Positions 10,357 to 22,300 of a stretch of DNA of 64,000 nucleotides are shown in pieces. The DNA comes from a virus. The stretch is taken from positions 4,482 through 68,481 of IMG/VR virus record IMGVR_UViG_3300020465_000011; one strand, written 5' to 3'. Below the pieces are notes generated by a model. That model searched no databases and was not told where the DNA came from. It worked only from the letters and a program-made list of their open reading frames with translations. The translations under genes and the position numbers were made by a program. The first letter of the stretch is position 1. Every line of letters starts with the position of its first letter.

Positions 10357-13300
10357 TGGCTGAAGACTATAGTGCAAAGTCGGTAAAAGCTCAATTACCT
10401 GGCAACCAACCCGGCAAAATTAAAAAAATAGAAGAAATTAAAAGTACTGAGTATCTACCTCAATATCTTAATACTACTGTTAATAAAAAGTTTTTACAAA
10501 GTACACTAGATCAAATGATCAGTAAAGCATCATTTGAAACAATAGATAACTGGGTAGGTAAAGAAAAAGGTAGTTGGTATAATGCTGACAAAGATAAATT
10601 TATAAGTACCGCTGACGCCTCAAAAAGATTTTACAACGGATCACCTGCTTTTATTGTTAAGAATCCAAATGATACAGATAGTATTTCTGAAATTCATACA
10701 TACAGTGATGCATTAGATGATATTAATAATTTAGGATATGAAGGCAATCGACCAAACGGCTCAGATTTTGCATATACATATTCACCTCCAATTGATTATG
10801 ACAAATTTTCAAATTTTAGTAGCTACTATTGGTGTAAAGATGACTTGCCAGTTATTAATGTAAAACCTAATACTACATGGGATCCAGATTCCATGATAGG
10901 GCAAACTCGATATAAACTAACAACAAGTGATTTAGGAGATATAGACTTCCTGACAGGAATGAAAATTAAATTTGCTCCACAGGTAACAGAAAACTTTACT
11001 AGTACATCTGCAGATAAAACAATAACAAACGCTACAGGTGCAAATCCTGTTGTAATTACTACTGGTAGTAATCATGGACTAGCAGACGGCGAACTTATTA
11101 ATATTACTGGCGTAGTTGGTATGACAGAACTTAATAATAAAGTTTTCTACATCGATGTGCTATCAGCTAACACTTTTGCTTTATATACAGATTCAGGATT
11201 AAGCACGAGTGTTAACGGAGCGGCCTACACAGCGTATGCAAGTGGCGGTACAGCAAAAACTGGAGGAAAGTTTACACTAGCAAACACAGGTTATTCGTTG
11301 GTTGTAGTAATTGTTGGTACAACAAGAAAAACTGTTACCACTCATTATGCAATTAATGGTACAGCATTAACATTTACACATGGTAATTTTCCAAACAACG
11401 GAGACTTAGTACAAATACTACATTTTCACATGAGTGATATTAATTATTATGGTAATACTTACATTGTTAACAATGTAGGAGATTCAATTGATTTAATACA
11501 AACACAAGACGAAAATGGTAAAACTGTACTTAGTAGAATGATGTTGTATAGTGTGCATCAACCAAGTGGGTTTGACATGGATCCTCTTGATGGTAAACCC
11601 TATGACTATACAGAAGTAGAAAATAGACTACATGAATATGTTTGTATGGAATCTGGTTCATATGACATGAACGCATGGAGCAGAATTAATCAATGGCAAC
11701 ATTATAACTGTATAGTTGAAGCATGTAGATTAACAGGCGAAGATTTTACAACGTATGCATCAGATGCTAATAGAGCTAAACGACCTATTATAGAATTTGA
11801 AAGAAATATTATTCTTTATAACTGGGGAACACACCCTGGTAGTGGTGTAAAGTATCCACACCACAGAATGAATGTAGATTTTGTAACTAAAAGATTTACT
11901 GGTACAGATATCATAGGACAAACAAATTACAATTTATTACAAACTGTTATTAATTGGTCATCTAGTACAAAATATTCTATAGGTGATATTGTACGAGAAG
12001 CAGTTGGTGGTAGTTATTGGTATTTTGAATCAAAAATTGAAAATAATCAAGGCCTTGATCCATTGGATGCAGACTTAGTTGTAGACACAACAAATTGGAA
12101 ACGTGTTTATGATAAAGGTATACAAGACAATGATACCATACTGTTTTTAAACACAGGAAATACAACATATGATAATAAAGTATTTAAAGTAAGTGGCACA
12201 GGTTCATCTATTGCTCTACAGCAGGTGTTAGATCCAAGTGATAATGATAAAGTACATACAATAATGGGTCCAACATATCCTGATAATTTTAATGGTCCTG
12301 ATCTTGTATGGCATAACAGTCAGTGGAATAGACCTCAACAAAAAGAAAGCAAAGGACAAGCACCAAATTTTGATTTGTTTGATTCTAACAATAATGAACT
12401 TGCAACCTACTACAATAATAATGATTTTGAAGGTAGTACAATTTTTAACTATGTTATTAATACAGCCGCCACAGAAGATACTGCATTAGGATTTAAAGCC
12501 AAATATAATACTTCTGCAGGTAGTAGTGAATTAGTATTTGAACACCCATTGGTAACAAAACGTTTTAAGTATGATTTACAAACTAGTCCTAAGGATATAC
12601 GTGGATTAATGTATTACGGTAAAAGAAGAAATATATCAGATAATACAACAAATTATATAGAAGGATGGTCTAGAGCTCAAAACTTAGATAAAACATATTA
12701 TGCCACAGAAACAAAAGTAGTTACAGCAGACGATGCTAATACAGCAACATTTGATGTTGGATCAAATGATATGCAAAAATTATCAGATGAAATGATTTTT
12801 GCATACACTAATAATAATTGGTATGTGTATGAGAAAGATCAAGACACACCAAAAAATTATCACGGAGTACCAGGAATAAATCCAAACATATATTTGTTTG
12901 CAGGATCAACTGTCACTATACGTAAAGACTATGACAGCTCAGAAACAGATCTGTCATTTGTAAAAGAAACAGACGGCACTACGGCCGCACCTGGTATAAC
13001 TGTCACTGACAATGGTGCAACACTCAGCGTTGCTATTGATTCTAATAGTGCAAACTATGACAAAGTGTGCAAATACAAAGCCAGTGGCTCTGGTTCAGGT
13101 GCAATGGGTAAAGTGTATATTGTAGATGAAGATACTGGTTATGCAGGTAATAACAATAGTTTTATTCAGTATAAGCACACAGTATATAAAAATGGATCTA
13201 GAACAGAAGATTATACATTAGGTGCTAATTCAACAATATTAACAAGCCTTACAATAGGAGATGTTGTTGAACTAAGATATGTTCCTAACGGTGCTAAAGC

Positions 13301-16300
13301 ATCTACTAGTAATTGGGCAACTGGTATTGAATATCAACATAATCCAATTAATACTAACTTAGGTGAACATACACACGCAGATTTACGTAGACATTTTACT
13401 GACAAGATTAGTAGTTTACCAGGCTATCATGATAGTGCGTTTGGTGTTACTGATTATTATATCAGTAGTAAGGAAAATAATTTTGGTGGTACTATATTAC
13501 AAGGTAATCCTGGACAACCTATGTCATGGTATCTTAAAGAAAATAATAGAAATGTAATTGTTGGTATTCGTAATGTAATGAATGATTATGATCGTTTTAA
13601 AACACAATTTGCTAATAAAGCATTACAAGTAAATAAATCTGGAATATATGAAACTACTAGAGAATTGGTTAATGAAACTTTCAACCAACTTAATGTAGGT
13701 AAAGATAGCTCATTTAAATATGCATCAAGTGGTATGTGTCATTGGTATAATGCAAGTACACAGGAAATAACAGTAACAGATACTACAACTGTTTTTTATC
13801 TAGATAAAACAGAAAACGTAGACTATGAAACTAACAATAAAGAAGATCATGTATATGTCTATCTTAAAGATTATGTGGCGGCTGATAGTGCGTATGTTCA
13901 AAGACTTTTAAATCGTAATGAAGATTATGTATTATTAGGAAATAAACTTACGCTTAATAGTGCAGTAACTCTTAATGGTGGTGTATCAGCAGTAATAACT
14001 ATAGATCATTATAGTAGTAAAAATAATAGTTTTGTTCCATGGAGTGCTCCTAAACTGAATTTTATGAAGCCTGTAGAGCCACGTTTAAATACACCTAAAA
14101 CATTACTAATAGCCCATGATGGTGCAAAAATTACTATAACTAATTCTGGAAATTTATATCGTCCGCAGGAGACAAATTATGATGTTAGATCTGCTGTACT
14201 ATATGAACTAGAAAAAAGAGTAGCCGCAGGATTTCCAACATATAAAGATTATAATGATGTAAAAGAATTTAACCCTAGACATCCAGTGGGACAGAAGCAT
14301 GGACAAGGAACACGCACACAATGGGCAAAACATTATAGAGCTGTATTTGAATATTGGTTAGACAGTAATAATAGAACATATCCAAGTTTGGTTAATGCAT
14401 CGGCTGTAGCAAATTATAGTAATCAAACTGATGCAGACGGTGTTACGCTACCCGGAACAGAAGCTGGTGTAATTGAATACTACTGTGGCACTACTGAGCC
14501 TCTTAACAGTCCATGGGAAATGTTTGGTTATAGAGAAACGCCAAGTTGGTGGACTACTTACTATGATTGGAAGGATACAGCCAATGGCGGCAATGATGCA
14601 AAACGTGCGGCATTATTAATAGCATTAGCAAAAGGTCATTATAATAATCCTGCAGATACAGAAAAAACAGATAGACGTTATGTAGTTAAACAAAATATAG
14701 GTAACTTAATTACAGTAGCTGGTGTTCAACAAGATATTGTTACAGCTGGTTGGGCAACAGCTGGTAATACTAAAAAAGATTTTGTTATAGGAGATGGCTT
14801 TAGTGCTGAAGATACATTTAAAGATTCTAGTGCATATAACTTTGCATTAGTAGAAGCTGGATTTAAAAATTGCCCATATACATTCTGGCAAACATTTTAT
14901 GATCCTAGTAGTATAGTTTCAGACAATGTTATCAATAACAAAACAAGATTAAGACCGTCTGTAACAGATCCTGTATATGGTAGTCCTATAAACAAAGGAA
15001 CATTAGATAACATTACTGTTACAAATACTGGAAATAACTATACTTCATCACCTACTGTTACAGTAACAGGTGACGGAGTTGGTGCAACCGCGGTTGCAAT
15101 AGTAGATAGTGGCTTAATTAAAAATATAAGAATAACCTCAGGTGGTTATGGATATAACAACGCAGGAATTACTATAACAGATACTACTGGAACAGGTGGT
15201 AAAGGCACAGTAACACTACTAAAAAATCAAAGATATAGAACAACTGGATTAATGGCATTAATTTGGTTACAAAATATAATCTCAAAATTTAGTGTAGATA
15301 TACATGCTAGAAATCAATTAACTTCAGCACAGCCAGTTATTAACGTAGAAGGCTATACAGATAAAAATATTATACGAGTAAGAACCTTAGGTAATAGTGC
15401 TAAATCTCCATTTGTAATGCAAGACAACGATATAGAATTAGCATTACATAAAAGTTCAGCAAAAGTTCAATTGAACTTTAGTGCTGTTAAAATAACAAAA
15501 CTATCCACTGGATATCAAGTAACAGGATATGAACCAGATAGAAAGTATTTTGAATATTTTAGTGCTAACGAAGGAAATAGTACTACAGTTACGTATGGTA
15601 ATTTAAGTACAGAAATATATGATAATTTTGATCTAGATTCAACTCCTAATCAATTAAATTATGATCATACATTTCCTGATCTTCATACGTTAGCAAATTT
15701 TATGGCAGGTAGAACAGAATGGCTTATAAGCAAAGGAATACAATCTTTTAACTTTAGAGGCGTAGTTAATAATTTACTTGAATGGGCAACTACAGCTTCT
15801 ATTAATGACGTACATTTTGGACATGGTACAAATAGTATATTATTCAAAGATTCTTTGGATAGATTTTTAGATAGTATTTTTTCAACAAATAAGACTTTGT
15901 TAGTTGAAGACAGAACAGAAACATCTTTAACAAGAGAATCAGAGCTGAGTAATATTAAAGCAATAAGAGATGAACTAGGTGCAACAATATACACAGAAAG
16001 TGGCGCCAACATTCTTAGAATGAATGCTAATTTTGTACAATGGGAACATGTAATCGTACTAGAAAATAAAACTACATTTAATGATAGTGTTTATAGACCA
16101 GATTTAGGCATGGGATTTGACAGTTATAAACTAGAAGGTAGAAGAACAATAAACTGGAAGGGCGAACCTAGTACAAAAGGTTATTTGATAGAAACAACAG
16201 GACTAAAATCAAATTATGATTCAAGTGTTAGAGAAGTTGAAGATGATTACTTTGTTATAGATAGTAATGCATTAAACAAACAAAAACGTAAAATTGCACA

Positions 16301-19300
16301 AACAAGCATTGGCTATAATAAACCTGAATGGGCTAACTCATTACCTGTATCAGAAGATAATACATTTGATTGGTATCGTAGTGCTATAGCAACAAAAGGC
16401 ACAAAAGAAAATCTAACTGCACTTAGAAGACATAACGAAGTAGTTAATCCTCTTACAGATTCTTTTAATATTAATGATCAATGGCTGTTTAAGACAAGTG
16501 ACTTTGCTGGTAATAATAAATCATACATTGAAATGGAATTTAGTGACGACTTAGTAAATGTTAATCCTCAAGGTATTAAATTATCCAATGATGGTAATGC
16601 TGATACTCTTAATGATGAAATTATTACTATGCAACAAAACGATAAAAGAATGATTACCAAGTTATCAACTCCTAATCAATTTACTTTAGGTAACAACTAT
16701 TACTATCAAACTGATAGCACATATACTGAATTTAATAGTTGGCTTAAAAATGCCGGATATCCATTAATGACTGAAATTGACGAACAAGCATTAACAATCA
16801 ACGACATACCAGCATTATATGATTCTACAAAAGATTATGCAACTGTTGGTGCATGGGATAATACAGTAAGTTATAAACTTGGAGATAAAGTACGTTATCA
16901 AGATAAAGTATATGAATGTAATGTGGCCGCAACCGGATATCAGACAACAACCAATCCTATTACATGGAATGGTACTGTTAACAATCCTGTTATATTACCT
17001 GGCAATACACTAGTAATAGATGGTAATACAATTAACTTAACAAACTCTGTAACCACTGTAACATATAACAATATTGAAGTTACTTCAAACGCATCACCTG
17101 TTGTAAATGGTGGTGACACACTTATCTTAGATGGTGCTACTGTAACATTTGCAAAATCATCTACAACAACAACGTATCCAGATTTTGCAGTAGCAGGTAG
17201 TACAGTTAATCCTACTATACAAGGTAGTGCCACAGCAACATTAATAATTAATGGCACCACAATTAACTTTAATGAAACAGTAGCAACAACTGTTAACAGA
17301 GATTGGACTTATTGTGTAGGTGATCAGTTTACAAGTGCTAGTTCAACAAGTGTTACAGCGGCCGACAGAATTACAGCATGGACAAATTTAAGAAGTTCAC
17401 TTCAAAGTGTGTATGGTAATGCTCAAACTAGAACAAAACTTGACACTTACTTAAACACTAGTGAAGCAGGATTTGATACTAGCGTACTAGTAACAGAACA
17501 TGGAGCAACTGGTAACGCTACACTACAAGGACACATTTTAACATTTTTAACACAAGATGTAACAATTATTAACGAAAAGGCAGGAACAAGTTATGTAACT
17601 GCAGATGTTTTAAGTGGCTCAACTCCTGTTAACGCAACAGATGAACAAACAACACAAACAGCGTTTAATTTAAGTAGCTACACAGACGATATACATAACT
17701 GGTTAATAGCATCAGCTAATGATTCTACTGCTATATCCGGCACTATTATTGTTATGTCAGAAGCAGGCACAGCATATAAGTTATATTCAGCCGCTGATAT
17801 TGTGTCTAGAATTACAGCAGGCGCACCAACTAATGCCACCGCAAGTTTAGTTAGTAACCAACTTACTATTACAAGAATTAATAGAATAGTAAGTGATAAG
17901 GATTTATTAATAGGACCTGGTACAGCTAACGCTGAAGTAGATAATGCCGCGACAACATTCCCTTCAAGTGGAACACTAACACATACAGGATCAGAAAATA
18001 CAACTACATCAACTACCGCGGCCCTAACTGTCGCTGAAGTGGTACAGCAAATCAATGATGCAGGTATTAACAACATTGGTGCAATATTATTTGACACAAA
18101 CAAAGTCAAAGTTACAAAAACAACATCGTCAAGTGATCCTAACTTAACTGTGGCAGGCACAGCCGTAACAGATTTATCAGGTGGATTTACAACTGGTACA
18201 CTTACTGCAACAACTACAACATCTACTTCGCAGGCAAGTTTAAGTGTAGGTCTTGTAGCACAAAAAATCAATGACGCCAGTATCACAGGCATAACTGCAA
18301 GTGTAGTTAACAATAGAATAGTTATTAAAAGTACAAATACTACTGGCACAATGACAAGCACACAGGCCGCATTAGATTTAGGTATTAATACTAATATTTT
18401 AAGCGTTACAAGAAATGCTACAACATCTACTGGTACTAATACATTTACCATCGGTAACTGGACAGAAATAGATGAACCATTACTAGAATATATTTGGGTA
18501 GCAGACGATACTGGTTTAGGATATACCAGTATTAATAGCACTATTACAGCAAAATTTAACGGCTGGAATGTATTCAAAGTAATGGACTTAGATTTGTATG
18601 CAACAAAAATATGTGCCGCGACTACAACTGGTACAGGAAATGATGCTGAATTATCATGTAACAAAGCACACAATTTACAAAACGGTGATATTGTGATGCT
18701 GTTAAATACAAACAGTAAACCTGCAATAGATGGATTTCATACTGTTACAAGTATAGATTCAGCAAGTACATCAAAATTCTTTATAGATCAATTTATAGAC
18801 CAAGATGCAAGTTTTTCAAAAATATTGGTATTAAGACCTGTGCGTTTTACTACTGATGCACAAAGAGATGCGGCCGTAACGGCAACTACTCATTATGAGT
18901 TTCCATTAGGTGATCTTGCATGGGTAGATGGCACAGCACAATTTACAGTTTATAAAAAAGATACATCTACTGCATGGACAGTAAAACGTACACAAGGAGA
19001 TAACCATGTTGCTCCAACAACTATACAAAGTTCTATTCTGCATGATCAAACTAGCGTATTAGCTGAAGCAGAAGCATATGATCCTTTTAAAGGCATCATT
19101 CCTGGTTTAGCAGATAAAGAAATTACATTTAAATCAATAAATGATCCTGCTATATATACATCAAGTACAGATACAACTGCACAAATAAACCAACAGCAGG
19201 CATGGGGCAATAACTATTTAGGTAGTGTATGGTGGGATACAAACAAAGCCATCTATATAGATTATGAACAAGATTCAATTGAATATAGAACACAGTATTG

Positions 19301-22300
19301 GGGTACGTTATTTAAAGGTGCAACAATTGATGTGTATGAATGGACCAGAAGCGATGCAACACCTGACACTTATGCAGAAAGTGTAGCTGGTGGTAAAGAA
19401 CTTAATGGTGAAGTATTAACAGGCGAAGTATATAAAGAAATAGATACATTTGGTAACGAATTATATTATTACACAGAAGTAGATGAATATGATAGTACAG
19501 TAGGTGGTAATGTAACATATTATTACTTTTGGGTTAAAAACAAAACTAGCATACCAACTGGTACAAATCGTGTAACAAGTGTATTAAATATTGCAAATCT
19601 TATATCAAACCCAACTTCGCAGAACATTAAATGGCTTAATGCATCAGGCAAGGATAGTTTTATTGTTTCTAATTTGCGAAATGATACAAACGAACAAACA
19701 GTATTGCAAATAAGCAATATTAGCAATGAAGATAACACGCATACGCATTGGACACCTATAATAGAGAATGATACTGCCGTACCAGAATATTATCATAGAC
19801 GTTTAAAAGATGGTTTACGAGGTAGTAACGAAAATAAAAAATTAAAAACATTCAAAGGTGAATATTCAAATGCTACAACATATACTAAAGGTCAAGTTAT
19901 AAGTATAGACGCTCCAATTCCTGCACTAGAAATTGGTGTAGCTACAAAAGGAACTACAGCTAGATTTTATCAAAGAGGTCATAACGAAACTTTTACTGTT
20001 AATGGTAGTCAACTTAATAATGGACAATTACTTACATTACAACGAGGGAAAACTTATATATTTGATCAAAATGATTCTACTAACTTAACACACCCATTAG
20101 TGATCAGTCCTACGCTAGATGCCAAACATCAAAGTTTATCATATTATGATTCTACTACAATTGGCGTACAATATTACTTAAATGGAGGTGAAGTTAGTTT
20201 AGCTACTTATAATAGTGCTATTAATAACCCGGCAAATATAGATGATAAGAAAATAACATTTAAGCCAGATGAAAATACTCCAAATACTTTATGGTATGGT
20301 TGTTATAATTATACTGCTATGGGTAGTGAACTATATATTATTAATGAAGAACGAGACGAATCACCTTCTTACTATATGAGTTTAATGGATAGCAACTTAA
20401 ACTATATGCCACAAACAAATAGAAGTGCATGGCGTAGAATTTACAATGTATCTAATGTAGATGAAATTGAAGAAGAAATTCAAATACCAGAAGAAAGAAT
20501 GGTACCTGATTTAGATTTACATCCATATGATCGTGTAGGTGAAAGCATACGCCCAAGTAGAAGTTGGTTTACATACAAAAATATTAGTAGAAGAGAAATA
20601 GTTAATAAATTAAACAACTTATTGTTGAACACTAATTTAGTAGATACTGTACCTGAGTATAAAACATACTTAGATGTAACTATATCACAAGGTTCAAAAG
20701 ATTATGTAGTTAGTAACTATTGGGAAAATGTAGATTGGTATCATAAAGATTTTGATAAATTTATACAACCTAATAGAGAAGTAACAGAAATAACACCATT
20801 GCTTACAAGTGGCGATGCAAGTCAACTTGCCGGCAATTACGATAATGAATATATTTTAGCTAAAAATGTATTACATACAGATGGTATTAAACGTGATAGT
20901 ATCTTTAAGTATGATACTACTAACAGTAAGTGGGTACCAATTTGGAAAGAAAAAGGCACAATACAATTATCAGATGAGTTATGGGATCCAGTAAGTGGTG
21001 GATATGGTTTTGATTCGGCTGGGTTTGATAATGAAGGATTTGACCCGGACCCTATACACGAGTTTTCTAAAATACTAGATTGTTTTCGCGATAATATATT
21101 AAGTCAAGCAGATTATAATAGAGTATGGTTTTCTGGAATATATGATGCTGTTAAGGAAATGCCAAACTCAGAATGGATCAAGAAGTCAACATACATTGTT
21201 CCAAAACTTAACAAACAGGTTAACACAACAGGACGTATCGGTTATGATGCTGTACCTATACTAGAAGAATATATAGATAAGAATAAACCTTTTACAAGTA
21301 AGTATAAAGTTAATCCTTCTTTGTTCCAAGATGAAAAAACTGTAATGGATAGAGGTTCTGCTGTGATTACAGAACACTCACGTAATATGGCAATAACTGA
21401 AAAAGTAGAAGAACATACAGATAATCAATTTTCAGAAAGATTAGGCGGTACGGCAGTAGTTGCACACGCACCATTGCCATTTAATGATTTAGATATTATT
21501 AAAACTTTTAATAGTGTAGATCATACCATTACTAGAAATCCAATTATAACAAGTTGGGAACAACAGTATCAACAATATGTAGTAACATTAGCTAACTCTA
21601 TAAGCGAAACTGAGCATTTAGTTGGTGTTATTGCTGATGTAGAAAAAGTAGCATGGGATAGTGATTATGTATATGTAAGAACAAGCGGACTTACAGATCA
21701 TACTGGTGGTCCAGGATATACTGTAGCACCTGATACAGAAGGTGTTGTAAAAGATCAAAGACCAGCAAATCCCAAACAATTTAATTGGAAATTTGTTAGA
21801 ACTCCTAAAGTTGCTTCTTCTAAACCATTAAGAGGCTCAGGACCAATTGGTGCATTAACAAATGGTGTAGCAATATTTTCGCCGCAAGATTACGAACAAA
21901 CAAGCACAGGTAGTATATACTATAGAAATGAAGGTTATCTAAGAAGAAATAAAATGGATGCAAATAATGGTACTAGCTGGTCAAGTAAAGGTAGTTACGA
22001 GCCTACAGTTAGTGGATTATACTACCATTTTGATATGCCCAATGAATATAGGCAATTAGAATCTTCAACTAAACACAGCCCATTAATAGGTTGGGCATTA
22101 GATGGATATCCAATTTATGGACAATATGGTTTTACAAATGCAGACGGAACTGGTGCCATACTTAAAATGACAAGTAGTTATGTTCTTAAAAGTGGTGCAA
22201 GAACAGGACTAGGTGCTCCAGCTGGTAACTATGATGGATCTTATACAGCAGATTATATCTATGATGGAAGCGGAACATTAGATCAATACAATGGTAGATT

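Noticed and set aside
17678-18673. 331-aa antisense ORF and many other shadow ORFs in the track
   Set aside because: They lie opposite or inside well-supported genes and are by-products of Thr/Ala-rich codon usage; no RBS or motifs
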